A stretch of DNA of 64,000 nt from Alkalispirochaeta sp. (GCA_040904425.1 JBBDTM010000076.1:21190-85189); one strand, 5' to 3'; counted from the stretch's first letter, positions 1 through 8,638 are shown. A program made the numbers and translations. Notes: generated by a model not told the origin, from the sequence alone.

Positions 1-693
1 CTCCTCCACGGTGAGGCGACTAATGCGTCCCTCAGCAGTAGCCTCAATCTCCGGCGGGAGTTCAAGGTTATGCGCATTGAGTCCCATTCTGTCGGTAATG
101 AAGAACAGTTTTTCCGCCTCCAGCGAGACGGCGATGCGGAACGCCAGCTCCCGGGAGGAGATGTTGTACGGCTTGCCGGTTGCACTCCAACCGATACAGG
201 GGAAGATCGGAATCAGATCCTGCCGCAGGGTGGTGCGAAGCAGATCCAGTTGTACGCGTTCCACAACGCCGGCGTGCTCATAATCTACACCATCCACCAC
301 GCCGATGCCGCGGGCACGAACCCAGTTTCCTACAACAGCGTTGGTATTGTGGGCGCTCAGGAGCGTCATGAACCGGTTGGTCACGTCGAACGCGGCCATC
401 TTGATAAAGGGAATCGCGTCCGCTCCGGCGATACGCACTCCGTTCTGCCGGCGCCACTGCACATGGTACAGCTCAAGCACTTCATCAATGCGTTGGCGCG
501 CCCCAGGAACCAGTACGATACGAATTCCCGCCTGGTGGAGTAACACGATGTCCTGCACCAGGGCGGTAACCCGGGTATCATCCACCGCGGCGTGATCCAC
601 GTGAATGACGAACGTCTTGCCCCGAAAGCGATGAGCGTACGAGAATACCTGGCGGATGAGGTCGACTTGGTCGATGATTTGCGCACTTTTCAC
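1..693 (-). CDS. argA: Amino-acid N-acetyltransferase / N-acetylglutamate synthase, N-terminal kinase-like domain (partial, runs off left edge)
   Basis: Not in ORF track; translated by hand from GTG at 693: MKSAQIIDQVDLIRQVFSYAHRFRGKTFVIHVD...LLHQAGIRIVLVPGARQRID...GVVDGVDYEHAGVV...IPIFPCIGWSATGKPYN, the ArgA AAK-domain pattern; open to base 1. Confidence 0.9.
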   Translation of the reverse strand, partial: MKSAQIIDQVDLIRQVFSYAHRFRGKTFVIHVDHAAVDDTRVTALVQDIVLLHQAGIRIVLVPGARQRIDEVLELYHVQWRRQNGVRIAGADAIPFIKMAAFDVTNRFMTLLSAHNTNAVVGNWVRARGIGVVDGVDYEHAGVVERVQLDLLRTTLRQDLIPIFPCIGWSATGKPYNISSRELAFRIAVSLEAEKLFFITDRMGLNAHNLELPPEIEATAEGRISRLTVEE

Positions 694-742
694 GGTGTAC
701 AGCCTACCAGAAACTGGGCGTTAGCTCGACTCCACCGGCGCT

Positions 743-2017
743 TTAGAAGCGCCCCCCAATGCCAAGGCCCACCCCGATCCACGAAAACAGCTCGTGTTCA
801 TAATCGTCCCACACCCCGAACCAGGAGGAGTGCAGCGAAAGACGCAGGTTTCGCCATATGCCGAAGCCGAACTCCACCACCCCTTCAAAGACGGGAAACA
901 GATCATCGAACTCCTGGGTGTACTCCGTACCATCCGAGTTTGGGAATGTTTCGGTGAATCGGGTGAGCGCCATTCCACCGCCGGCACGGACGATAAAATC
1001 CACGCCGGACACCGGCCCCACGCTCAGTCCCAGCACGCCCATCGCCGGCGTAGCGCTGAGCTCGTAGCTGTCCTCGCCGAACTCCGCATCGGTCCCGATG
1101 AAGTAGATGTGGCCGGCAGTTGCCCCCAGAACGAATCCGGGAATGACCACATCGTTGAAGAGCGCCGACGCGATCACCGCTCCCCCGCAGTCCATATCGA
1201 AAAAATCGAATCCTTCCAGCGGAATCAGGTAGCTTCCGCGAACGTCGAAAAGTGCCCTCCACCGCTCGTTGGGATCGGTGAGTCGCAGAAACCCGGGAAT
1301 AGGAGGCGGAGTTCTCGTGAGGGAGAAGCGAATCTCCAGATAGTCATCATCCTCCAGGCGCACCTCGCGGCGACCTACCACCTGCTCAAAGCCGTCGTCC
1401 CGCCGGCGCACTTCAATTTCATACGCCCCGACACGTAGCTCGATCTCATCGACATCGGTCCCGAGGAACGCGCCATCGACATACACATAGTAGGAAGCGG
1501 AATACCCGTCATTGGAAAAGCGCACCCGCCCGAATCCCGGAAAAAGGGATTCCACGCCGTCGGTCACGGCATTCGCCACATCGTCGACAGCGGAGAAACG
1601 GCTGCGGTCGGTGGGAAGATCGAATACCTCAGACGCAGTGAACTCACTTCCATCCCAGATATCGGTCTCTACTCCTAAACGGCCGTCACGTCGGGGCGCG
1701 ACAGATACGAAGGCCGTCGGCCGTTTCCCGGGCTCCGGGAGGGCGCCGGCGAGGGTACGAGACAACCGATATCGGCGCTGACTACGAAACGCCCCTTCCA
1801 CAGCGGAGAACAGGAGCTCAGCGGCGCGCTGCTCAGGGTCGGAGAGCGATTCCATCTCGGCGACGAATACAAGATCCACCGCGGGTTGCAGCGGCGGCTC
1901 GTTGCCTGCGGTCTGTGCGCCGATCGTCACCACAACCGAGGCCCCTCCCAAGAGGAGAGCGAGGATCGTGAGACGAAGAGAATGACCCCGGGCATACCGG
2001 CTTTGAGGACGCACCAT
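743..2017 (-). CDS. Exported protein with PEGA-like domain and probable C-terminal outer-membrane beta-barrel
   Basis: Signal-peptide-like N-terminus from ATG 2017; YVYVDGAFLG...LRVGAYEIEV resembles PEGA; alternating hydrophobic strands ending in terminal Phe (GLGIGGRF). Confidence 0.6.
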   Translation of the reverse strand: MVRPQSRYARGHSLRLTILALLLGGASVVVTIGAQTAGNEPPLQPAVDLVFVAEMESLSDPEQRAAELLFSAVEGAFRSQRRYRLSRTLAGALPEPGKRPTAFVSVAPRRDGRLGVETDIWDGSEFTASEVFDLPTDRSRFSAVDDVANAVTDGVESLFPGFGRVRFSNDGYSASYYVYVDGAFLGTDVDEIELRVGAYEIEVRRRDDGFEQVVGRREVRLEDDDYLEIRFSLTRTPPPIPGFLRLTDPNERWRALFDVRGSYLIPLEGFDFFDMDCGGAVIASALFNDVVIPGFVLGATAGHIYFIGTDAEFGEDSYELSATPAMGVLGLSVGPVSGVDFIVRAGGGMALTRFTETFPNSDGTEYTQEFDDLFPVFEGVVEFGFGIWRNLRLSLHSSWFGVWDDYEHELFSWIGVGLGIGGRF

Positions 2018-2077
2018 CGGTCTAAATGTAACACAACCTGCCCCGGTTTGCATCGTTCACGTTGTTTTCTTTAGACT

Positions 2078-2698
2078 GTGCATAGAGTGAACATCCGTCG
2101 GTGGTTTTGGGCAATTTTGATACTCGTGCTCCTGGCCTCGGCGACGGTGGGAACCGTGGGCCTCCGTGACACGTGGCGCCGCGTGGATCACCGGCGTCTG
2201 GAAGCGGCGCGCGCCCATGTTCAACGCGTACAAACCCTGGTTACCACCCGCTACCGATACCGCGATGTGGTGTTCTTCGACCACCGTACCCGGGTACTGG
2301 GAATTCCCGCCGGTCAGCAGGAGATCTTGTTCTCGGTAGAAATGGAGGTCACCGCCGGGATCGATCTGTCGCATGGCGTCGAGATCACCCCAGACCGCGA
2401 GGATCGCCGCCGGGTCTTTGTAACGCTTCCCGCCCCGGAGGTGCTTCGGGTCGTTACCGATGAAAGCTCGATCCGACAATACCTGGTTCTCGAACGGTTC
2501 GGACGGCTGGACTGGCTGGATATTTCTGAAGAAATTCAGGTTGCCAAAACACGAAACCGCCGGGACGCGGTAGATAGGGGTATCCTCTCCCGCGCCCAAG
2601 CGCACACACGTGCCGTCGTCGGTAATCTGCTGCGGGCCGTCGGATATGACAGTGTGGAGATTCGCTTTCGCCCTGCCGCCGAGGAGCTCCGAGGATGA
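2078..2698 (+). CDS. DUF4230-family membrane-anchored protein (start may be GTG 2087)
   Basis: N-terminal TM helix; L.T..Y.Y.DV...V.AGIDLS...VTLPAPEVL..AQ....V..LL..VGY..VEI.F pattern recalled for DUF4230. Confidence 0.7.
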   Translation: MHRVNIRRWFWAILILVLLASATVGTVGLRDTWRRVDHRRLEAARAHVQRVQTLVTTRYRYRDVVFFDHRTRVLGIPAGQQEILFSVEMEVTAGIDLSHGVEITPDREDRRRVFVTLPAPEVLRVVTDESSIRQYLVLERFGRLDWLDISEEIQVAKTRNRRDAVDRGILSRAQAHTRAVVGNLLRAVGYDSVEIRFRPAAEELRG

Positions 2699-3417
2699 GA
2701 CGCGTTCCTTCGGTCGCGGTTACCGTGGTGGTGGTGGTGGCGGTAGCAGCGGGTTCGGTGTTTGTTGCCCGGGAACATCTGGCGGGATTCATTTTCAGAG
2801 AGACAACCTCCACCGGATCGGAATCACTCTTCCTCGACGCCCGGGACGTGGCGGAGCTGGAAACGTTCACCGTGGTGCACAAGACGGTCTTTCCTCACGA
2901 CTTTTTCATGGAGGAGACACATTTCTACGCCCTTCTCGATCGCGTTCGTCGCGCCGATGCCCCAGCCCGGGAGGTACTCACACCGGATGAACTGGACCAT
3001 TTTCAGGCGGTGAGTCTCTCGCAGCGTCTGGGCCTGGCCACGGGCCCCGGACAACCGGGGTATGTGGTTGTCACTACTACCCTCCGCTATGGGTATGATC
3101 TCTCTCGCCTCGAGGAACAGATTCGGTCCCGGATAGATCAGACCGCCGCCGATGGTTCCATCGAATCGGCAATCACTATTCCCCCGGCGCACCTGCTCTC
3201 CCAAGAGACGGAGGATCTCTCCCGGGAGGACTATCCGTACAGTCCCGTCTATCTCGACGCCGAGGGATGGCAGGCGGTAGCTACGTTTGTATCTGCGCGA
3301 CTCCTCAGAGGCGATCCCGATGAGGAGACGATCAGCCAGGCGACAGCAACCGGCATCGAACTCCTGGAGACCCTCACAACCCGTCGGTTTGAGGTGCGCG
3401 GTCCCGAAACAGATTGA
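2695..3417 (+). CDS. Membrane-anchored hypothetical protein, probable divergent DUF4230 paralogue
   Basis: ATGA overlap with previous gene; TM anchor; ELETF...YGYDLS...ITIPPAHLLS parallels the upstream gene's AGIDLS...VTLPAPEVL. Confidence 0.55.
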   Translation: MRRVPSVAVTVVVVVAVAAGSVFVAREHLAGFIFRETTSTGSESLFLDARDVAELETFTVVHKTVFPHDFFMEETHFYALLDRVRRADAPAREVLTPDELDHFQAVSLSQRLGLATGPGQPGYVVVTTTLRYGYDLSRLEEQIRSRIDQTAADGSIESAITIPPAHLLSQETEDLSREDYPYSPVYLDAEGWQAVATFVSARLLRGDPDEETISQATATGIELLETLTTRRFEVRGPETD

Positions 3418-3439
3418 ATCCGTCATCTGCATTCTACGG

Positions 3440-3468
3440 TTGCCTCGTTCTATATAATTAATTATCAT
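3440..3468 (+). promoter_or_regulatory. Sigma70-type promoter P1 upstream of trxA, overlapped by an AT-rich Fur/PerR-like box
   Basis: TTGCCT(3440-45)-17 nt-TATCAT(3463-68); ATAAT-TA-ATTAT inverted repeat and ATTATCATTAT within it. Confidence 0.45.
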
Positions 3469-3586
3469 TATATTACGCAATATGAATATGACACACATCG
3501 ATTCAGTGTTTTTCTCCGCGGTACACGATCGTTGTCCGGTGTGGCAGGCACTCCGGCGAGGTTGGGGTAAGAATCCCGCCTAGCAC

Positions 3587-3615
3587 TTGCCTTTCCCACA
3601 TCGCTGTGTTATCTT
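3587..3615 (+). promoter_or_regulatory. Sigma70-type promoter P2 of trxA (extended -10)
   Basis: TTGCCT(3587-92)-17 nt-TATCTT(3610-15), TG at 3607-08; GGGAG SD before ATG 3651. Confidence 0.5.
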
Positions 3616-3650
3616 ATATATATGAATTTTAATATTACGGGAGTATAACA

Positions 3651-4007
3651 ATGACCGAACATCTGACCAAAGACACCTTTTTGAATAAGGTTTTTAACTA
3701 CGAAGAGAACACAGAATGGAAGTATGAAGGCGACAAGCCGGCGATCATCGATTTTTATGCCGTTTGGTGCGGCCCGTGCAAAATGGTCGCGCCCGTGCTG
3801 GAAGAGCTTTCCGAGGAATACAGTGAAAAACTGAAGATCTATAAGATCGATACCGATGCGGAGCAGGAATTGGCCTCGGTCTTCAATATTCAGAGTGTTC
3901 CCTCGATGCTGTTTATCCCGGTTGATGATAAGCCGCAGATGGCGGTGGGAGCACTGCCCAAGGACAGCATTAAACAAGCGATGAAAGATGTCCTCTCAGT
4001 TGAGTAG
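3651..4007 (+). CDS. trxA: Thioredoxin
   Basis: IIDFYAVWCGPCKMVAPVLEEL active site; SVPS cis-Pro loop; 118 aa. Confidence 0.95.
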   Translation: MTEHLTKDTFLNKVFNYEENTEWKYEGDKPAIIDFYAVWCGPCKMVAPVLEELSEEYSEKLKIYKIDTDAEQELASVFNIQSVPSMLFIPVDDKPQMAVGALPKDSIKQAMKDVLSVE

Positions 4008-4029
4008 GGATCCCCCCACATCGCTTGCC

Positions 4030-4063
4030 GGCCGTCTCGAATCTTCGAGACGGCCTTTCTTTT
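4030..4063 (+). terminator. Rho-independent terminator after trxA
   Basis: GGCCGTCTCGAA / TTCGAGACGGCC perfect inverted repeat followed by TTTCTTTT. Confidence 0.85.
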
Positions 4064-4080
4064 GTTCGGGGCACACCAGG

Positions 4081-5328
4081 TTAATCATGCCGGGCTCGGG
4101 TTCGGCGAAACCGAACGGAGGCGATATAGCTCTGTCCCACAGCTTCGATCACGAATGAACCGAATCTGGTTTCCAGCACCTCATCCTTTTCCGGAATCCG
4201 GCCCATACTCCGGATGATAAATCCGGCGATCGTTTGAGCATCATCATCCGTGGGAAAATCTACATCGAGGTGGTCGTTAATCACGTGAATCGGGGCGTCC
4301 CCGGCGATGACATACTCATCGGGTCCAACTGTGAACAGTGGCTGTGCCTCCTCAATCTCGCCCTCATCATAGAGTTCACCGACGAACTCCTCCACCAGAT
4401 CCTCCACAGTGACGATACCCGCGACTCCGCCGTACTCGTCGAGGACGATCGCCATGTTTAACCGCTCTCGGCGCAATCGCGAGAGTACCGAGTGAAAACT
4501 CTTGGACTCCGGGACAAATACCGGTGGCACCACGATCTTGCTGATCGGCATATCGCTGTTTCCATCGGCGACAGCCTTGGCGACATCCTTCACGAGCAGG
4601 ATGCCCACGATCCGCTCCGGTTCATCATCGTAGACCGGTATCCGGGAGAACCCGGACTCCAGAATTGCGGGAAATACCTCCCGCACCGTTCTCCGCTTCT
4701 CCAGGCTGAACACCTTGGTCCGGTGCGTCATGATCGCTCCTACCCGGACCTCACGGGACCGAAAGACGTTCTTCAGGACCGCCGCGTTGAGCTGGTTAAA
4801 CAGGCCCTCGCTGCCTGCGTAGCGGACCAGGTGTTGGAGACCTTCGATCGTGACGCGCGGTCGTTTTGTGCTTCCGGTGAGACGAGTCAGGGCGTTACTG
4901 ATTGTGCGAATCAGCCAGATGAAGGGCGAAAAGATGGTGGAGAAGATCTGCAGAAACCGCGACAGCCCAAGAGTAACGCGCTCATTGTGCATAATGCCGA
5001 TCTGCTTTGGAGTTACCTCCCCGATTATCAACACCAGAATCGTCAGAACCAGCGTGGACGCGGTGAGCCACGTCTCTCCAAAGATGCGAATCGTGAACGC
5101 GGAAACCAGCGCGGAGGCCGCCAGGTTGGCCAAGTTATTACCGATCGTAATGGAGGTCAGGACTACGTCTAGGTGGTCGTAGAGATCGGCCACATGCCGT
5201 CCCCGGACACCCTTCTCTCGTTTCATTCGCTCGATCTGATCCACGGAGAGTGAGGTGAACGCCACCTCGGTGCCGGAAAACGCGCCGGAGATTAGCAGCA
5301 ACACAAAGACAACGGATATTTCGATCAC
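4081..5328 (-). CDS. Hemolysin-family / CorC-HlyC (CNNM + 2xCBS + CorC) Mg2+/Co2+ transporter-like protein
   Basis: FSGTEVAFTSL, ITIGNNLAN, GEVTPKQ (DUF21/CNNM); IMTHRTKV, GFSRIPVY, IVLDEYGGVAGIVTVEDLVEEFVGEL (CBS pair); C-terminal CorC domain. Confidence 0.92.
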   Translation of the reverse strand: MIEISVVFVLLLISGAFSGTEVAFTSLSVDQIERMKREKGVRGRHVADLYDHLDVVLTSITIGNNLANLAASALVSAFTIRIFGETWLTASTLVLTILVLIIGEVTPKQIGIMHNERVTLGLSRFLQIFSTIFSPFIWLIRTISNALTRLTGSTKRPRVTIEGLQHLVRYAGSEGLFNQLNAAVLKNVFRSREVRVGAIMTHRTKVFSLEKRRTVREVFPAILESGFSRIPVYDDEPERIVGILLVKDVAKAVADGNSDMPISKIVVPPVFVPESKSFHSVLSRLRRERLNMAIVLDEYGGVAGIVTVEDLVEEFVGELYDEGEIEEAQPLFTVGPDEYVIAGDAPIHVINDHLDVDFPTDDDAQTIAGFIIRSMGRIPEKDEVLETRFGSFVIEAVGQSYIASVRFRRTRARHD

Positions 5329-5410
5329 GATACCATCATCTCACGATCACGGCGTCGAGGCAATTCTACCCAAATTGCGGGAAAAAACAGCTAGATTAAT
5401 CGTTTGCATA

Positions 5411-5439
5411 TTGCAATTCATACCCAGAGGTGGTAATTT
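5411..5439 (+). promoter_or_regulatory. Sigma70-type promoter pointing into an intergenic region with no plus-strand CDS
   Basis: TTGCAA(5411-16)-17 nt-TAATTT(5434-39) with TG extension (5431-32); TTGCA-TAT-TGCAA inverted repeat at 5404-5416. Confidence 0.5.
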
Positions 5440-5445
5440 TCCGGT

Positions 5446-5558
5446 GCGTCGGAGCATGTCTATGCACCACTCGTATCGTTCCGACATAGTCATCTTTGGT
5501 CTTTTGGTTTTTGAGACCCTCTCAGGTTTTACCTCCTTTCCTGAGAGGGTCTTTCTTT
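5446..5558 (+). ncRNA. Candidate trans-acting small RNA with anti-Shine-Dalgarno loop (undescribed; no family recognised)
   Basis: Upstream promoter; 5' stem 5448-57/5475-85; G/U-rich strand 5493-5512; perfect 13-bp stem 5514-26/5540-52 with loop TTTTACCTCCTTT; U-tail TTTCTTT. Confidence 0.5.
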
Positions 5559-5585
5559 ATCCTCGCACCGGCGCGGGTACCAACA

Positions 5586-6113
5586 CTACTCTCCTCCGCG
5601 GGGAAAGGCAAAGTTGATCCCCGTGGACAGGCGCGTGCTGGTATTGATCCAGTCATTGCCGCCGATCAGCAGATCCTGCTGCGCCTCGAGAAACCAGCTC
5701 ATAATCGGGTGCACTTTCACGCGCATCGCCGCCTTCACGTAGGGCCCCATGAGAAAACGGAACTCCGTCTCCGTGTCGGGATTGAAGTTGAACACCGGAG
5801 ATAACCCGGTTCCGAATAGAAACATCACCCGTTCCTGGGGAAACGTAAAGTTGAGCCCCACGTTTACCGGAATCAGAAAGCTCGGGACGGTATCGCCGTC
5901 ACTATTCTTATCGGTGGTAATACCAAACTCACTTCCGAGATTCAGCTCCAGACCGTCTTGCAGTTCGTGGAGATACGTGGCGGATAGCGCCGTGAGATAG
6001 GTCGTATCGTACCGATAGAAGTTGGTTCCAATACCTGCTGAGAAGGAATTATCGGCGGCGGCGGTGGCGGTGATCACCGTTACCGCACATAGTACAAGAA
6101 ATGCTCTGCGCAT
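5586..6113 (-). CDS. Small exported protein, probable outer-membrane beta-barrel
   Basis: True start ATG 6113 with AAGGAG SD; signal peptide MRRAFLVLCAVTVITATAAA; amphipathic strands ending GINFAF. Confidence 0.65.
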   Translation of the reverse strand: MRRAFLVLCAVTVITATAAADNSFSAGIGTNFYRYDTTYLTALSATYLHELQDGLELNLGSEFGITTDKNSDGDTVPSFLIPVNVGLNFTFPQERVMFLFGTGLSPVFNFNPDTETEFRFLMGPYVKAAMRVKVHPIMSWFLEAQQDLLIGGNDWINTSTRLSTGINFAFPRGGE

Positions 6114-6123
6114 CAACGTCTCC

Positions 6124-7107
6124 TTAGACAAAAACTCCGTATAACTGGTGACCGCACTGGGGACACGCTCCATGATCGGTGTAGTCCCGGACCGGCGGTC
6201 GATGGTCCACACAGACGGTACCACATTGGGGACAGTTCGTCCGATGATAATCTGATTGTCGGCTATTTCCGGCAAAGATAAACGGTGGACGTTCCCGCTT
6301 CGAGAGGTAGTCCAACGTCTCCCGGAGGTCGTCCTCGGTGGTGGCCGGTTCGTCGGCCATTCTCCAGGCGGGGAAGAACCGGCTCAGGTGCCACACCTGT
6401 ACCCCGGCGTCCACAAGCTCCGTTCTCAGCAGGTCGATCGTTTCCCGAGTATGGCGCGAACTCATAAGCATCGTGGTCACTTCCAGGTGTCGTTCCGGTG
6501 CAATGCGGCGAATCGCCTCAAGCACCGGCTCGCTGCGGCCCTTGCACAACTTTCGATAGAACTGCTCGTCTCCCTTAAGGTCAATATTGAACGCATCCAC
6601 CACCGGTATCAGCCGATCCATCGTCTCCTCGGTGAAGAACCCGTTGGTCACCATCACCACCCGGCCGCCGTCGGCACGAATCCGGGGAGCTGAATCAAGA
6701 ATAAAGTCCTGCCACACGGTGGGCTCGCTGTAGGTGTACGCGATGGAAGGGGTGCCGGACCGCTTCCACTGGCGATACACCTCTTCCGCGGACCATTGGG
6801 CTTGAGGCTGGGGAAACCGCTCCGGAAACGCGATGGCCGCGTTCTGACAGAAACTGCACCGAAAATTGCATCCCGCCAACGCCACGGAGAACACGTGAGA
6901 TCCAGGGAGAAAGTGGTACAGCGGCTTTTTTTCGATCGGGTCGATCCCGGCAGACTGAATCTCGCCATAGACGGTTGTCCGAAGCGCACCGCCGTCGTTG
7001 GTGCGGACCCCGCAGAGGCCTACTTCTCCCAGGGCGATCGAGCACCGGTGTGCACAGAAATCACACGTGACGGTTCCCTCCCGGCGGGAACTGCTTTCAC
7101 CGCCCAT
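6124..7107 (-). CDS. amrS: AmmeMemoRadiSam system radical SAM enzyme
   Basis: CDFCAHRC...GLCGVR, IDPIEKKPLYHFLPG, GCNFRCSFCQN (CxxxCxxC), YTYSEPT, C-terminal CPQCG x2. Confidence 0.93.
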   Translation of the reverse strand: MGGESSSRREGTVTCDFCAHRCSIALGEVGLCGVRTNDGGALRTTVYGEIQSAGIDPIEKKPLYHFLPGSHVFSVALAGCNFRCSFCQNAAIAFPERFPQPQAQWSAEEVYRQWKRSGTPSIAYTYSEPTVWQDFILDSAPRIRADGGRVVMVTNGFFTEETMDRLIPVVDAFNIDLKGDEQFYRKLCKGRSEPVLEAIRRIAPERHLEVTTMLMSSRHTRETIDLLRTELVDAGVQVWHLSRFFPAWRMADEPATTEDDLRETLDYLSKRERPPFIFAGNSRQSDYHRTNCPQCGTVCVDHRPPVRDYTDHGACPQCGHQLYGVFV

Positions 7108-7681
7108 TTACACACTCCTCTTCGGTGTAGTGCACCGTCTCGAACACTTCGAACCGCGCATCCTCACCGCGCCACGCATCGGAGGACAATCCCGCTTTTC
7201 GAGCGAGGTGGGAGAGCGTCGTCGACAGGTCCCATCCCTGCTCCCGGGAAACCTCCGGCAGAAAGAGCGCCCGCTTTCCCGCCACGGAGAGAATGATCCC
7301 GTCGCTACCGAGATTGATCTCTCCTATTCCCTCGACTTCCCGAGGAACGGTGAGAATCGAGTGTTCGATCACACACAACTGGATTTCGTCGTCCGTGACC
7401 GGATCAAACCGAGGATCCTCCAGCGCCGCCTCCAGGGTAACGCGGCGCAGGGTAGAGCGAAGCGGCTGCGAGGTACGAATCGTTCCGATGCATCCGCGGA
7501 GTTCTCCATATTTGCGAAGCGTCACGAAGAGGCCGGGGGTTTCATCGAGAATCGGGTCTTCCAGGGTCAGGTGCGGCTCCTGGCCGTGACGATACCGGGA
7601 GCCCAGCCGCCAGCCCAGAAGCGCCCGGGAATAGCCCAACAGGGCGCATCGCGTTGCAGCGGAAAGGTTCCAAGGAGTCAT
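7097..7681 (-). CDS. amrA: AmmeMemoRadiSam system protein A (AMMECR1 family)
   Basis: GLFVTLRKYGELRGCIG, AALEDPRF, ALFLPEV..EQGWD...L.HL.RKAG. Confidence 0.93.
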   Translation of the reverse strand: MTPWNLSAATRCALLGYSRALLGWRLGSRYRHGQEPHLTLEDPILDETPGLFVTLRKYGELRGCIGTIRTSQPLRSTLRRVTLEAALEDPRFDPVTDDEIQLCVIEHSILTVPREVEGIGEINLGSDGIILSVAGKRALFLPEVSREQGWDLSTTLSHLARKAGLSSDAWRGEDARFEVFETVHYTEEECVNGR

Positions 7682-8595
7682 CGCATACCTCCGGTAATCT
7701 CAGCGGTCAGATAGCACACGAACTGCCGTGCCGTGTCATCATCTTCCGCGGATGAATAATAGTCGAGAATCGCCGCGTCACCCCGCTCCACGGTACCGGC
7801 CGCTTCCTGCTCCAGGATCGCCGCCGTGGCCAGCCCCAGGGCGTACCGTCCGCACACCGTGCTCTCCCGGGCCAGGTACTCCCAGTAGGTGCTGAGGTCT
7901 CCGGCGAGCGCCGGGCGGACCATGGCGGTATCGTCGGCGTGGAGCTGGTGGTGAAGTTCGCCCCAGGATCGATCACCGTACGGCTCCCACCGGAACGTCC
8001 GCCCGTAATGGGTGGCATCGGAACTCACGAGCCACAACACGCGGCGGTTCCCCACCCGATCCAGCAGCCGCCGGGCGGTGGCGCGGGCGCTTTCCGGTGT
8101 GGTCAGGTTACCCACCAGTACCGCTGCTACGGGAAGCTCCCGCCCGAGATAGCGGGCGATTCCGGGAAGCAGGAGCTCGACGGCGTGCTCGCCCTCAACC
8201 GTGGCCGGATTCTCGCGATCGCCAAGACCGGTGGTCTCCTCGGCGGACCCCCTGTCGGCTACGGCTCCGGGAATCTCCCCGTACGGGGTGGCGTGGGCGG
8301 AAAACGCCGCACCCACGGTGGTATCCGCCGGAATCGGCACGTAATGTGAAGGCGCCACCACTACGATCAGGTCCACCGTCTCCCGTAGCGTCTCGCGGTG
8401 AAGGGCCGCGCGGTCCCAGAACACACCCTGCCCGCGCGCGGTGTAGATCAACGCGGCGTGGGGAAGCATCCCCAGAAGAGGAGGCGCAGTGGTAACCGCC
8501 TGCGGTCGATCTTGTGTGTGAGATTGAAAGAGGCCGTCCACCACTTCGGCACGGTCAGGGTACCAGCGGCCGACGAATCGCATGTCATTTACCAT
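7678..8595 (-). CDS. amrB: AmmeMemoRadiSam system protein B (MEMO1 family)
   Basis: Start ATG 8595 with AAAGGAGGT SD; GRWYP, PHA, APSH, EHAVELLLP, SSDATHYG, TVCG motifs. Confidence 0.88.
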   Translation of the reverse strand: MVNDMRFVGRWYPDRAEVVDGLFQSHTQDRPQAVTTAPPLLGMLPHAALIYTARGQGVFWDRAALHRETLRETVDLIVVVAPSHYVPIPADTTVGAAFSAHATPYGEIPGAVADRGSAEETTGLGDRENPATVEGEHAVELLLPGIARYLGRELPVAAVLVGNLTTPESARATARRLLDRVGNRRVLWLVSSDATHYGRTFRWEPYGDRSWGELHHQLHADDTAMVRPALAGDLSTYWEYLARESTVCGRYALGLATAAILEQEAAGTVERGDAAILDYYSSAEDDDTARQFVCYLTAEITGGMR

Positions 8596-8638
8596 TGATC
8601 CACCTCCTTTGAGGCGTGCATTCCTATTGTAGGCGCGA

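Noticed and set aside
70-686. Plus-strand ORFs 70-543 and 305-595 and minus ORF 381-686
   Set aside because: Shadows of argA, which occupies another minus frame from 693 to the window edge.
3482-3583. 33-aa ORF (MNMTHIDSV...) upstream of trxA
   Set aside because: No SD, wrong spacing for a leaderless start, no motif; cannot be supported.
5347-5493. 48-aa minus-strand ORF (MTMSERYEW...) as a leader peptide using the hairpin-loop AAAGGAGGT
   Set aside because: The SD is over 30 nt from the ATG, the peptide has no recognisable features, and the U-tail orients the hairpin to the plus strand.
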